Below, one piece after another: positions 10,096-20,760 of a DNA stretch of 44,136 nt. Within the stretch, counting starts at the first letter, position 1, and every line of letters starts with the position of its first letter. The stretch lies in assembly GCF_014764105.1 (NCBI RefSeq), contig NZ_JACXUF010000001.1; one strand, written 5' to 3'. Source of the stretch: Sulfuricurvum sp. (GTDB taxonomy: Bacteria; Campylobacterota; Campylobacteria; Campylobacterales; Sulfurimonadaceae). A model generated the notes under the pieces. The model did no database searches and was not told where the DNA came from. It worked only from the letters and a program-made list of their open reading frames with translations. A program made the translations under genes and the position numbers.

Positions 10096-11236
10096 TCATC
10101 CTCTTTAAAAACGTCTCGGCTACACTAAATGAGCCGAAGACCAAATATTCTTTATTCGTGTCGATTGTTTCAAATGGGAGATAGGGAATACCCATATCAT
10201 CTAATGCCCCCTCAAGATCCTCTCGCAAAACGACTCGCCCCTCACTCACCTCGATGATCTCAACTGATTCGATGATCGGTTTTAAAATCCCTAATATCTC
10301 TCGATAATCCTTATCTTTGTAAGTGTTATAGATCAATACCACCTTTTTCCCGTCATATGCGCGAGCAATCTCCCGTGCCGCAAGGGGGTTATGCCCCACA
10401 TCAAGAGTGATATTAGCGGCTATAGGGCTGAGGCGACCAAAGAGTGCACTCTGATCAAATAGCTCTTCTGAGGCTTTATACCCTAATATCTCATACGCCA
10501 CCATTGCCAACATCAAATTAGTGCGCAAATAGTCGCTAAGAGCATTTTTCGTGGCAAGGTGCAAAGCAATCTCTTCGATAACTGGCGTTAAACGCTCCGT
10601 AAGGATATAAAGCTCACACCCTTTTGCCTCCGCAATCGTTTTGGCTATCGTCTCTACTTCGGAATGTTTTTGCTCCCCCAGCAATGCCATACGCTGCATG
10701 CTTCGCAGTTTCGTTGAGGCAATCGACTCAATCGATGTCCCTAAAAACGCAGCATGATCATAATCGATAGGGGTAAAGATGCTCAGTGTTTTAGGAAATG
10801 CTGCCGTGGCATCAAACTCGCCTCCCAATCCCGCTTCCATAACAACGTACTCACACCCCTCATACACCACCATCGCCAAAAGGGTCGTATATTCAAAATA
10901 GCTAAGTGCCTCTATATCATCGTCGGACAAAAGGGCAAGGAGCTTTTGATGCGCGACATCCAGCGCCTCATCACAAACATCCGCACCGTCCAACCAAATC
11001 CGCTCATTGAAGTGCAAGATATGAGGCGATGTATAGTGCCCAACCCTCTTACCTGCACGACTCAACGCCGTGGCTAGGAATCGCCCCGTAGAGCCTTTAC
11101 CGTTCGTTCCGACAAGATGGATGATTTTGGGAGTTGGCAATGCCCCCTCAATCATACGGTACACTTTGGGGAAGCGCTCATAGTCGATTGTATCGTAAAA
11201 AAGGGGCTTGGTGGAGAGAAAATCGTCTAAATTCAT
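10073..11236 (-). CDS. folC: Bifunctional folylpolyglutamate/dihydrofolate synthase
   Basis: VGTNGKGST, YTSPH, EAGLGG.FDAT, DVGHNP. Confidence 0.95.
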   Translation of the reverse strand: MNLDDFLSTKPLFYDTIDYERFPKVYRMIEGALPTPKIIHLVGTNGKGSTGRFLATALSRAGKRVGHYTSPHILHFNERIWLDGADVCDEALDVAHQKLLALLSDDDIEALSYFEYTTLLAMVVYEGCEYVVMEAGLGGEFDATAAFPKTLSIFTPIDYDHAAFLGTSIESIASTKLRSMQRMALLGEQKHSEVETIAKTIAEAKGCELYILTERLTPVIEEIALHLATKNALSDYLRTNLMLAMVAYEILGYKASEELFDQSALFGRLSPIAANITLDVGHNPLAAREIARAYDGKKVVLIYNTYKDKDYREILGILKPIIESVEIIEVSEGRVVLREDLEGALDDMGIPYLPFETIDTNKEYLVFGSFSVAETFLKRMNVTSAMV

Positions 11237-12768
11237 GCAGGCTCGACGCGGTTTCGCCCTTTGCGTTTGGCATCATAAAGCCGCTCGTCGGCACCGTTCA
11301 CCAACAATTTAAGTGAAGGAAAATCACTGCGCTGTGCAACACCGATACTGACACTTACCGCAATCCGCTCTCCTTGATACATAAAATGGGCCGCTTCGAC
11401 ATGAGTGCGAACTTTTTCGCAAAATACTTTGGCTCCTGAAAGATCGGTATCCCCTAAAATAGCCAAAAATTCTTCCCCCCCATATCGTCCAACAATATCA
11501 CTGATTCTAGCTTCTTCTTTTAAAATTTTTGAAAACGCCATCAATACAGCATCGCCTGCTTCATGTCCGTAGGTATCATTAACCGCTTTGAAATGGTCCA
11601 AATCAAGCATGGCGACACAATAATTGCGCCCATGACGCGTATATTCGGACTCTTTAACATTCAAAAATTCTTCAATCGCCCGTTTATTAAACAACTTGGT
11701 CAAGAAATCTTCACGGGAAGCCTGAGCAGCAGCCACCAACTCCGATTCCAATGCCGCGATCTTTTTACCCATCTGGGTCACTTTTTCGTTGTGCACTTTG
11801 AGGTCTTTACTCAACACTTCAACTTTTTTTTCCAATGTACTGGCAATCTTATAAAGCCGCTTATGCGCCGTTTTGAAATCGGTCGGTTTGTTATTCTCCA
11901 GCGCTTCGAGATCCCGTTTTACCTCTTTGATCTCAACACTGGAGTTTTCGCTTCGCTCGATTAAATCGATCAGCTGCACCGAGAGCTTTTCAAGGAGAAC
12001 ATCTAACGCGCTCACCATCTCTTCAACGCTCTGTTTATCGAGCGCAACACGCATAGCAATTGCCATTTTGAGCTCTTTTTCACACTCAGAGGTTGCAACA
12101 TACGAGGGGTTGTCACGTAATTTTTGAGAAAGATCGATGGCAGTTTTATCCATCGTCGGAGCGATGGAGGGGACGAGAGAAGAGAGGAGGAGACGAACCG
12201 TCTTGGCATAATCAACCCCCTCATGAGAGCTGTTTTGCAACGATAAATTCTCGATTGTATGACGCAAGTTTGAGGTATCAACCGTCCCAAACTGCGCTAA
12301 CTTCATAAAAAATGAGTCGTCATAGAGGGAGAGAAAATTCACCCACGCTTGCTTAAGTAGCTCGATCTGAGTCGCCCCACCCTGAGATTCCAAAATAGCA
12401 ACTGTTTTTTTCGCTAACGCCGAAGCTTCTGGATTGTGAAGCACATCGATACTAAGTGCCATTTGCTTGGCAAGTGAACTCAGTAATTCAACTAAAATCG
12501 ACGCTTCGCTAGGGTTAAGACGGGACATTTTGGAAATCAAAAAACGGATTAATTCGGCCGTCGTCCGAACACGGTATTGTTTGATCTCATCTGCCGTTTT
12601 TTTATCGAGTAAAGTGACATAACGATCGATCCCACTGCAATCTTCTACAGCAAACCCCGCTTTTTTGGCTTCGGCACAAAACGTTTCGGCATAGGTATCG
12701 GGAGTCCACACTTTCCCCTCTACTTTTAGCCGCTCAACGGTGTTACGAACGATCTGATTGATAGTCAT
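11233..12768 (-). CDS. Diguanylate cyclase (GGEEF) with long helical/coiled-coil N-terminus
   Basis: DFLTKLFN, DLDHFKAVNDTYGH.AGD, RISD I-site five residues before GGEEF. Confidence 0.93.
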   Translation of the reverse strand: MTINQIVRNTVERLKVEGKVWTPDTYAETFCAEAKKAGFAVEDCSGIDRYVTLLDKKTADEIKQYRVRTTAELIRFLISKMSRLNPSEASILVELLSSLAKQMALSIDVLHNPEASALAKKTVAILESQGGATQIELLKQAWVNFLSLYDDSFFMKLAQFGTVDTSNLRHTIENLSLQNSSHEGVDYAKTVRLLLSSLVPSIAPTMDKTAIDLSQKLRDNPSYVATSECEKELKMAIAMRVALDKQSVEEMVSALDVLLEKLSVQLIDLIERSENSSVEIKEVKRDLEALENNKPTDFKTAHKRLYKIASTLEKKVEVLSKDLKVHNEKVTQMGKKIAALESELVAAAQASREDFLTKLFNKRAIEEFLNVKESEYTRHGRNYCVAMLDLDHFKAVNDTYGHEAGDAVLMAFSKILKEEARISDIVGRYGGEEFLAILGDTDLSGAKVFCEKVRTHVEAAHFMYQGERIAVSVSIGVAQRSDFPSLKLLVNGADERLYDAKRKGRNRVEPA

Positions 12769-12777
12769 ATTTACCCC

Positions 12778-13281
12778 TTATTTCGAGTGTGCACCCTCTG
12801 CTACGACTTGCGCAATAAACGAATCGATCCCCTTTTGCGCCCCTTCTCGAATCGCTTCAAAACGAGCTTGGTCGGTGATAATCGCATTGGGCTCGATCGC
12901 GAAATCATACAACCCTTTTGTTCGATATGTCTTTATCTGTTCTCCAGTAATCATATCCGTCTTCATGACGACTGATGTTCGATAGGTGATAATATACCCG
13001 TCGGTATTGTAACGCACCGGTGTAAAGGATACACTTTCAACCCCAATTTTCAGATGGGTTTTGGAAGCGCTTTTGGATACTAATGCACTCCGAAATTTGG
13101 TGATCACCGCCCTATCAACAGCATCTTTAATAATCACGGTATTTTGGGGATCTTCCATCAAAACAACAACTTCGGTACTGACACTTTCACCTACCCCATT
13201 TTGTGCAAAATGGCTCGCTGGCTGATAACCGCATCCACTCAAAAGGATCAAAGCAATCAGTATCCAATATTTCATTTTCAC
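12778..13281 (-). CDS. lptE: LPS assembly lipoprotein LptE
   Basis: Lipobox LSGC followed by GYQP; position directly after leuS. Confidence 0.82.
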   Translation of the reverse strand: MKMKYWILIALILLSGCGYQPASHFAQNGVGESVSTEVVVLMEDPQNTVIIKDAVDRAVITKFRSALVSKSASKTHLKIGVESVSFTPVRYNTDGYIITYRTSVVMKTDMITGEQIKTYRTKGLYDFAIEPNAIITDQARFEAIREGAQKGIDSFIAQVVAEGAHSK

Positions 13282-15725
13282 CCTTTAATGACAAGGTTTA
13301 CAAGTTTACCAGAGACCACAATCGCTTTGACAATCTCTTTATCCTTGATCCACTTCTCTACCGATGCTTTTGCCATCTCGATGATTGATGCTTCCGATTC
13401 GTTAACACCCACTTCGATAGTGGCACGATTTTTACCGTTTACCGAAACGCCCAATGCAACACTATCGACTTCAAACACCTCTTCGCAGATATGTTGAACA
13501 CCGAAATTTTTACTGCCAAATAACGTACTGGAGAGCTCCCAACAAATATGGGGAACAATCGGCTCCATAATCGAGGTCAAAATCCAGTACCCTTCCGTCC
13601 ATACATCACGGTTGCTTTGTTCGTTTAGTGCATTCATCGCTTCCATTACACCGGCAATCATCGTATTGAACGTATGACGCTCACCGTATACCTCTTGGGC
13701 CCGTTTGAGGGCTTCGTACACTTTTTTGCGTGCCGCTTTCTCCTCTTTGGAGAGGGAAGCATGATCAATTACCGGTAACGTTTCGGTAACGTTGACGTTT
13801 TGCGCGCGGTCGGCAAACCGTTTAAGGAATCGAAACGCCCCCTCAACTGCACTATCATTCCACTCCAACTCTTGAGTCGGAGGTGCAGCAAAGAGGATAA
13901 AAAGACGCGCTGTATCGGCACCGTATTTCTCCACCAGCGCCCCCGGATCGACGGTATTCCCTTTGGATTTCGACATTTTTGCACCATCTTTGAGGACCAT
14001 CCCCTGCGTGAGGAGGTGCTCAAATGGCTCATCGGAACTGATGTATCCCAAATCACGCAACATTTTCGTAAAGAAGCGAGCATAAAGGAGGTGCAAGATC
14101 GCATGCTCGATCCCGCCGATGTAGTGATCGACACCCATCCAGTAATCGAGTGCTTGTTTATCAAACGCCTCTTGAAAATCATTTTTAACCGTATAACGGA
14201 GGAAATACCATGAGGATTGGATGAACGTATCCATTGTATCGGTCTCACGGATGGCAGGTTTGCCGCATTTTGGACAGGTGCAATGTTTCCATGTCGGGTG
14301 GCGCTCAAGAGGGTTCCCCTCACCGTTAATCACAACATCTTCAGGCAGTGCGACTGGAAGGTTAGCTTTGTCTTCAGGGACGATTCCACAAGTCTCACAG
14401 TGGATCAACGGGATCGGAGCACCCCAGTAGCGCTGACGGCTAATTCCCCAATCTTTAAGACGGAAGTTGATCACTTTTTTCCCGAGTCTGTTTGATTCGA
14501 AATGGTCCATGATCGATGCTTTAGCGGTGATGTTATCCAAACCGCTAAACGCTCCGCTATCACAAAGAATTCCCGTTTCTGTATAGGCAGATCCGCTCGG
14601 CAATTCCCCTTTAGTTGGGATAACAACCGCTTTGATCGGAAGATTATATTTTGTTGCAAACTCGTAGTCGCGATCATCATGAGCAGGAACCGCCATAACT
14701 GCACCAGAGCCGTAATCGGTTAGTACAAAATTTGCCACCCAAACCGGCACCTTGGCTCCCGTGAGCGGATGGATAGCATTGATCCCCAGATAGACTCCCT
14801 CTTTTGGACTGGTTGCACGGTCGCGTGCACTCACCCGCTGCATCGCTTTGATGGCTTCACTGGTTGTATCATCTAGCAGACCAAAAGAGAGCATATGACG
14901 GACAATCTCATGCTCTGGAGCTAATGCGGCGTAGCTCACCCCGTAAATGGTATCGGGACGAGTCGTAAAAACATTAAAGCTTTGGTATGCTACTCCCAAT
15001 CGCGCTTCACTCTCCGAATCGAGTTTAAACGCAAACTCCAAACCATACGATTTACCAATCCAATTCTCCTGCATCGTCAAAACCTGCTTCGGCCATTTCC
15101 CCTCAAGCGTTTTGAGTGATTCAAGAAGCTCTTCGGCATAATCGCTGATTTTAAGATAATACTGATACATCTCTTTTTGGACGATCGGAGTTCCGCATCT
15201 CCAGCATCCGCCATCCACCACTTGTTCGTTTGCCAAAACGGTCAAATCGTGGGGGCACCAGTTGAGAAACCCTTGCTTGCGATAGAGCAATCCCTTGTTG
15301 AACATATCGATAATAAAACCCTGCTCAAACGCCGTGTATTCTGGATTTGATGTTGCAAACTCACGCTCTTTAGAAAACGAAAGTCCTAAACCTGCCAACT
15401 CACCACGCATGGTTGCGATGTTCTCGTAGGTCCATTTTTTCGGGTGAACACCGTGTTTGATCGCCGCATTCTCCGCCGGCATCCCAAAACTGTCCCATCC
15501 AATCGGATGAAGAACATTAAACCCCTGTTGGCGGTAGTAACGGGCAAATGCGTCTCCGATCGTGTAGTTACGAACATGTCCCATATGGATACGTCCAGAT
15601 GGATAAGGGAACATGCTGAGGACATATTTTTTCGGTTTGGTAAAATCATCGGATGGTTCATGCGCTTTGATGGCAGACCATTTATTCTGCCACTTAGCTT
15701 CAATCTCTGCAGGTGAATAATTCAA
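13278..15725 (-). CDS. leuS: Leucine--tRNA ligase
   Basis: TTG start; [32 protein letters not shown]. Confidence 0.99.
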   Translation of the reverse strand: MNYSPAEIEAKWQNKWSAIKAHEPSDDFTKPKKYVLSMFPYPSGRIHMGHVRNYTIGDAFARYYRQQGFNVLHPIGWDSFGMPAENAAIKHGVHPKKWTYENIATMRGELAGLGLSFSKEREFATSNPEYTAFEQGFIIDMFNKGLLYRKQGFLNWCPHDLTVLANEQVVDGGCWRCGTPIVQKEMYQYYLKISDYAEELLESLKTLEGKWPKQVLTMQENWIGKSYGLEFAFKLDSESEARLGVAYQSFNVFTTRPDTIYGVSYAALAPEHEIVRHMLSFGLLDDTTSEAIKAMQRVSARDRATSPKEGVYLGINAIHPLTGAKVPVWVANFVLTDYGSGAVMAVPAHDDRDYEFATKYNLPIKAVVIPTKGELPSGSAYTETGILCDSGAFSGLDNITAKASIMDHFESNRLGKKVINFRLKDWGISRQRYWGAPIPLIHCETCGIVPEDKANLPVALPEDVVINGEGNPLERHPTWKHCTCPKCGKPAIRETDTMDTFIQSSWYFLRYTVKNDFQEAFDKQALDYWMGVDHYIGGIEHAILHLLYARFFTKMLRDLGYISSDEPFEHLLTQGMVLKDGAKMSKSKGNTVDPGALVEKYGADTARLFILFAAPPTQELEWNDSAVEGAFRFLKRFADRAQNVNVTETLPVIDHASLSKEEKAARKKVYEALKRAQEVYGERHTFNTMIAGVMEAMNALNEQSNRDVWTEGYWILTSIMEPIVPHICWELSSTLFGSKNFGVQHICEEVFEVDSVALGVSVNGKNRATIEVGVNESEASIIEMAKASVEKWIKDKEIVKAIVVSGKLVNLVIKG

Positions 15726-15739
15726 AAAAAGCTCCTATT

Positions 15740-16081
15740 TTATTCGTAATTCTCTTTTATTTTAGCGCTCTCGATAAAAAGCATAATTATGGCGAAAACG
15801 TTCGCAATCATAGCACCGATAGCCAATGACACCGCCCAACCGACATTGCCGACCGCTTCCATATAGATAAACGCCGGAATCAAGTGCAAATCGGCGACTA
15901 ATGAAGCGGCCAAAAGCTCCGCCGCCAAAAGGTTACGGACACCCAATTTCAATATGGTTGAAATAAGGTTCAAACTCGCCGCCACAAACAGCATGATCGA
16001 TGTATGATCGTATAAAAATTCCGCCGTCGAGGTCAAACTCATCAACGTAAAAAATACATAAACTACCTTGCCCCAATCCAT
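15740..16081 (-). CDS. Conserved small membrane protein between secF and leuS (DUF6394-like)
   Basis: 113 aa, about 4 hydrophobic helices, ADLHLIPAF motif, RBS aggaga. Confidence 0.75.
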   Translation of the reverse strand: MDWGKVVYVFFTLMSLTSTAEFLYDHTSIMLFVAASLNLISTILKLGVRNLLAAELLAASLVADLHLIPAFIYMEAVGNVGWAVSLAIGAMIANVFAIIMLFIESAKIKENYE

Positions 16082-16092
16082 TTCATCTCCTT

Positions 16093-17064
16093 TTAAACTA
16101 CACCTTGTTCAAATTGTGCACGAAGACGCTCTTTTTCCGCCGCTCGCGCTGCTTTCTCTGAGAGTTTAGCACGATACGTTTTAAGATTAAACCCAAGTAC
16201 CTCCAATAACGGAGATGCAACAAAAATAGAACTATACGTCCCAACCGTAACACCGACTAAAAGTGTATATGCAAATGTGTGAATAATCTCTCCACCAAAA
16301 ACGAATAATGTTACCAATACAATCAAAACGGTTAGCGATGTCAAAACGGTTCTTGACATCGTTCGCGTAACAGATTCATCGATAATATCATTAACCGTTT
16401 TAGCAGATGAATCACTAATCTCCTCACGGATTCGGTCAAATACAATAATCGTATCGTTGATTGAATATCCTAAAACCGTTAGCAAAGCGGCAATTACATC
16501 AAGATTGACATCCAATCCCGCCAAAGAAATAGCTCCGATTGCTATCGTCAAATCGTGTGCCAATGCCAAAACTGATGCTACCGCAAATCGCCATTCAAAT
16601 CGCACAGCTACATAGATCAAAATTCCGACAATAGCTAATGTTAAAGCCATAATCCCTTTTTCGCGGAGTTCGCTTCCAACTTTTGCACCTACGATATCGA
16701 CACGACGAATTTCAAAATCACCTGTCCCAGCGAGCTGATCACGAGTAACGTCTCCAATATCTTTTATAACACTTTCGGAACTGTTTTTAAGCCGAATAAC
16801 CACTTCATCTGGAGAACCAAATTCATTGATCGATGCACCTTTAAAAATTGGGTTGCCTTCAAGTTTTTTTCTCATCTCATCAATAGGAGCCTTTGTCTCA
16901 TATTTGACTTGAATGATAGTACCACCTGCGAAATCAATACCAAAATTAAGCCCTTTTGTAAAAATTAAAAAGAATGAACTTAGTACCAGTATTAACGAAA
17001 CAGCCATCGCTATTTTTGATTTTTTCATTAATCCTATTGGTTTGCTGTATCGAAACAATTCCAT
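16093..17064 (-). CDS. secF: Protein translocase subunit SecF
   Basis: GLNFGIDFAGG, GYSINDTIIVFDRIRE, GTYSSIFVA. Confidence 0.98.
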   Translation of the reverse strand: MELFRYSKPIGLMKKSKIAMAVSLILVLSSFFLIFTKGLNFGIDFAGGTIIQVKYETKAPIDEMRKKLEGNPIFKGASINEFGSPDEVVIRLKNSSESVIKDIGDVTRDQLAGTGDFEIRRVDIVGAKVGSELREKGIMALTLAIVGILIYVAVRFEWRFAVASVLALAHDLTIAIGAISLAGLDVNLDVIAALLTVLGYSINDTIIVFDRIREEISDSSAKTVNDIIDESVTRTMSRTVLTSLTVLIVLVTLFVFGGEIIHTFAYTLLVGVTVGTYSSIFVASPLLEVLGFNLKTYRAKLSEKAARAAEKERLRAQFEQGVV

Positions 17065-18635
17065 TATTTACCCCGTTTGACACCAAACCATTTGGCGGTA
17101 TCTTTGGATTTTTCGATTCTATCTTGCAACATTAGGTATATCCCGTGCGTACCTAAAATAGCGGTCAACATCGATGCTAGAATTCCAATACTAATCGTAA
17201 TTGCAAAACCTTTGATTGCCCCTGTTCCATAGACATACAAAGCCACTGCAGCGATTAATGTTGTCACATTAGAGTCGGTAATAGCACGCATCGCATTTTG
17301 ATACCCAACCTCAATAGCACGCTTGATCGATGATCCCTCTGCCAACATTTCCCGTATCCTTTCATTGATAATGACGTTAGAATCGACCGCCATACCGACG
17401 GTGAGAACGATCCCAGCCATCCCCGGCAATGTTAACGTTGCACCAAACAAAGCCATTACCGCAACAATCAAAAGGATATTTACCAAAAGTGCAATATTGG
17501 CGATTACCCCTGCACGACGATAATAGACCATCATAAACAAAACGACAAGACCAAAGCCAGAAACCAATGCAACCATACTTGCCTTGATACTATCAGCTCC
17601 CAAACTCGGTCCGACGGAGCGTTTCTCCATCATGTAGATTGGAGCGAGCAATGCACCCGAACGTAGAGCGATCGCCAAATCGTTTGCCTCGGCCATCGTG
17701 TAGTTTCCGCTGATTTGACCACTTCCGCCTCCGATCCGCTCGTTAATCACCGGAGCCGAATAGACTTTGCCATCCAATACGATCGCAAGCCGTTTACCGA
17801 CACTTTTACCAGTAAAATCACCGAAAATCTGCGCCCCATGAGCGTTGAGAGAGAAATTGATAACCGGACGGTTGTTTTGATCATACCCCACTTGGGCATC
17901 GGTGAGCATCGTCCCATCCAAAATCGGGATTTCATTTACCAAATGTTTGATCTGAGGTTGCAAAGCATCCTGCAAAATCAGATCCCCATAGCTCAGCGCC
18001 TCCGCATCGCTCATATCTCCGACACGCATAGCGCGATCTTCATCAACTGCCATCAGTTCAAGCTTTGCCGCACGGGAGATCAACTCACGGGCGCGCTGCT
18101 CCTCTTCGGGTGTTTTGATCCCCGGAAGCTCTACGAGGATTTTATCGACCCCCTGTTTGGCTACAGTAGGTTCTGCCAATCCAAATTGATCGAGCCTGTT
18201 TCGGATCGTCTCGATTGCCTGATCAACGGCTTGGAGCTTCAACTTTTCAACCGCTTCTGGGGTCATAGTAAGAGAGTATTTCCCCTCTGTCGCTTTCACC
18301 ACCGTCCCCTCAAGGGTCTTGAGGTGCTCATCCATAGCGGTCGCATCGTCACTATCGAGGAGCTCAAACGTCACTTCCCCCTCTTGGACACTCAACCCTT
18401 CGATCAAAATCTCATTATGTTCACTAAAATGTTTGATCCCCGAAGCGTATGCTTTGATTTGGGAATTCACCGCTTCTTCGGTTTTAACCCCCAAAAGCAT
18501 ATGAAGACCGCCTTGCAAATCCAATCCCAAAGTAATCTTTTTTCCCTCCGAGCTTTGGGTGAACGACGGGATCGAAAAGATAAGACCGAAAATCGTCGCA
18601 GCGATAAGGATAATAACGCGGTAATTAAGCTTCAT
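17064..18635 (-). CDS. secD: Protein translocase subunit SecD
   Basis: LGLDLQGG, IRNRLDQFGLAEP, LRSGAL.AP, GMAVDSNV; ATG at 18635 preferred. Confidence 0.98.
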   Translation of the reverse strand: MKLNYRVIILIAATIFGLIFSIPSFTQSSEGKKITLGLDLQGGLHMLLGVKTEEAVNSQIKAYASGIKHFSEHNEILIEGLSVQEGEVTFELLDSDDATAMDEHLKTLEGTVVKATEGKYSLTMTPEAVEKLKLQAVDQAIETIRNRLDQFGLAEPTVAKQGVDKILVELPGIKTPEEEQRARELISRAAKLELMAVDEDRAMRVGDMSDAEALSYGDLILQDALQPQIKHLVNEIPILDGTMLTDAQVGYDQNNRPVINFSLNAHGAQIFGDFTGKSVGKRLAIVLDGKVYSAPVINERIGGGSGQISGNYTMAEANDLAIALRSGALLAPIYMMEKRSVGPSLGADSIKASMVALVSGFGLVVLFMMVYYRRAGVIANIALLVNILLIVAVMALFGATLTLPGMAGIVLTVGMAVDSNVIINERIREMLAEGSSIKRAIEVGYQNAMRAITDSNVTTLIAAVALYVYGTGAIKGFAITISIGILASMLTAILGTHGIYLMLQDRIEKSKDTAKWFGVKRGK

Positions 18636-18891
18636 CCTCGTACTTTCGTGCAACCGCTTCTTTGACCAAACGGCCTTCGGTTTCGTTGTTGAATTTCACG
18701 GCAAAAAAGTCCCCTTCCACTTTTTTGATCTCGACAATCAGACCGCCGCTGGTCACTACTTTGTCCCCTTTTGCGAGAGACTCGACCATCTCTTTGTGCT
18801 TTTTAGCCTGTTGGTTTTGGGGGCGAATGATCACGAAGTACATAATCGCGATCAAAAAGACAAATGGGAGAATTTGAGAAATGAATTCCAT
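18625..18891 (-). CDS. yajC: Preprotein translocase subunit YajC
   Basis: MYFVIIRPQ, LAKGDKVVTSGG; upstream of secD. Confidence 0.97.
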   Translation of the reverse strand: MEFISQILPFVFLIAIMYFVIIRPQNQQAKKHKEMVESLAKGDKVVTSGGLIVEIKKVEGDFFAVKFNNETEGRLVKEAVARKYEDEA

Positions 18892-18921
18892 TGTACAACC
18901 TTGGTTCTATAAAATTGGGGC

Positions 18922-18954
18922 ATTATACTCAAATGTGGCTAACAGCGCTATAAT
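18922..18954. promoter_or_regulatory. Divergent -10 boxes for yajC (minus) and lnt (plus)
   Basis: ATTATA at 18922-18927 (TATAAT on minus) and TATAAT at 18949-18954. Confidence 0.6.
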
Positions 18955-18960
18955 TCCTCT

Positions 18961-20175
18961 ATGAAAATACCACTACTTTCCCGCCGCGAGCTGATTTCCT
19001 CCGTTGTTATCGCCCTCGCGTTCAGCGCATTTATTTACTTTGAACATTTTGGACTGAGCTCCAAAATACTCAATACTATTTTGGGATTAGGGGCACTTTA
19101 TGGATTGCTGTTTGGCACCAAAAAAACAATCCTCCTCAGCGGTTTCTTGATCGGGTTGCTATGGTGTTATTGGATCGGTTTTAGTTGTCAGTATTATGGT
19201 TTTAGGTGGGCGACATGGCTAGTCGCTTTGGGGCTTGGGATCGTTTATGCCCTCTATTACGGAACAATGGCACTCACAACCCATCCTCATCTACGAGCAC
19301 TTATCCTTTTTGGTCTCACCTTTGTATGGCCGATGGATTTCAACTGGATGCAGCCTGAAATCATTTTTGTCGAAAGCTATATGGGGATTGAGAAATGGCA
19401 ATTCGCACTGATCGTGTTTGCCATAGCTTCCACCGTTTGGTTTCAGGGAAAGACAAAAGTGCTCCCCCTCCTTTTGCTACTCGGCACCCTTCAAAACTCT
19501 TACACTCCGCCTCCGATTCCAGATGTCAAGATCAAACTCGTCTCCACCAATATTTCCCAAGATTTCAAATGGCAAAGTGAACGGTTGAAACAAACTCTCA
19601 GTGAAAACTTCGCAGAAATTGACAATGCGATCGCACAGGGGTATGATCTCGTCGTCCTTCCTGAATCGGCATTCCCCCTCTACATGAACGAATACCCCGA
19701 TATCTCTCAAGCCCTGGTCGAGCGATCGCTACGCATTTCGATCCTCACTGGAACGCTCCACAAAGAAAACGGTCTCAACTACAATGTCTCCTATCTCTAT
19801 CAACAAGGGGATCTTACCGTTGCCAAAAAAACGATCCTTGTCCCATTTGGCGAGTATATTCCCCTGCCGGAGTTTGTGAGCAGGTGGGTGAACCGTGAAA
19901 TTTTCGGGGGGGGTGCTGATTTTGTGACAGCAGAAAAACCGACCGATTTTAACATCAACGGGGTGAGTTTTCGCAATGCAATCTGTTATGAAGCGACCCG
20001 TCAAGAGCTTTATACTCCCGAAGTTCGCTACATGATCGCGATGAGCAACAACGGATGGTTTAAACCATCGATCGAACCGACTGTGCAAAAACTACTCATC
20101 CGTTTTTATGCACGAAAAAACAATACAATCGTATTCCACTCCGCCAATGGCGGAGGGGGTGGGATCGTCTATTAG
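18961..20175 (+). CDS. lnt: Apolipoprotein N-acyltransferase
   Basis: N-terminal TM helices; nitrilase triad motifs LPESAFP, K..LVPFGEYIP, ICYE, SNNGWF. Confidence 0.95.
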   Translation: MKIPLLSRRELISSVVIALAFSAFIYFEHFGLSSKILNTILGLGALYGLLFGTKKTILLSGFLIGLLWCYWIGFSCQYYGFRWATWLVALGLGIVYALYYGTMALTTHPHLRALILFGLTFVWPMDFNWMQPEIIFVESYMGIEKWQFALIVFAIASTVWFQGKTKVLPLLLLLGTLQNSYTPPPIPDVKIKLVSTNISQDFKWQSERLKQTLSENFAEIDNAIAQGYDLVVLPESAFPLYMNEYPDISQALVERSLRISILTGTLHKENGLNYNVSYLYQQGDLTVAKKTILVPFGEYIPLPEFVSRWVNREIFGGGADFVTAEKPTDFNINGVSFRNAICYEATRQELYTPEVRYMIAMSNNGWFKPSIEPTVQKLLIRFYARKNNTIVFHSANGGGGGIVY

Positions 20176-20186
20176 CACGCCAAAAT

Positions 20187-20216
20187 AAGGGGCAAGATTC
20201 TATTACTACCCCTTTT
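20187..20216 (+). terminator. Possible intrinsic terminator after lnt
   Basis: aagggg...cccctt stem followed by a short T run. Confidence 0.35.
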
Positions 20217-20593
20217 CTATCTCCTCAACCTGCTAGATAGCGCAGGCATTCACAGACATTCTCGTGTATTTCGATAGAAATCATAATGATATTGCAATAC
20301 GATATCAGTATTACTTCCACAAAAAGTTTCTATGCCCCATATCTGATCACTCCAAAGAGAAGTGATCCAATGAAAAAGAGGGCTATTTATGAGTGTATTA
20401 TAGCATGGAATCAATACTTTGGGATAACTGAAGATTTTAAATGGAATGTGGATGAAAGAGATTCTCCCTTTGCTGCTAAAAGAGAGATCTGCTTCTAAGG
20501 AGTAATACAATGAAAAAACATCGGATGTTCGCTCATTTGACATCCAACTAAGCGTATCGTAGAGGAAAAGGGTAAACGAACGGTAAATTCGTT

Positions 20594-20758
20594 TTAGTGA
20601 CGCACGTTAAGATTATTCGCTTTGATCGCATTGATGATCGATTGAATCTGTTTCATTTTCACCTCTTCGTCGTCCATGTTATGGATCGCTTCGAGATTGA
20701 ATTCGTTCAGTTTCATATCCAAATAACCAGTATCGAGTTTTCCCTCGATAAACCCAAA
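20594..20758 (-). pseudogene. Orphan 3' fragment of a biotin carboxylase (acetyl-CoA/pyruvate carboxylase subunit A-like)
   Basis: Minus frame reads FGFIEGKLDTGYLDMKLNEFNLEAIHNMDDEEVKMKQIQSIINAIKANNLNVRH*, with an in-frame stop just upstream. F..G..DT.Y is typical of the biotin carboxylase C-terminus. Confidence 0.6.
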
Positions 20759-20760
20759 TT

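Noticed and set aside
17715-18665. 316-aa plus-strand ORF
   Set aside because: Antisense shadow of secD; the same applies to the many other ORFs overlapping clear housekeeping genes
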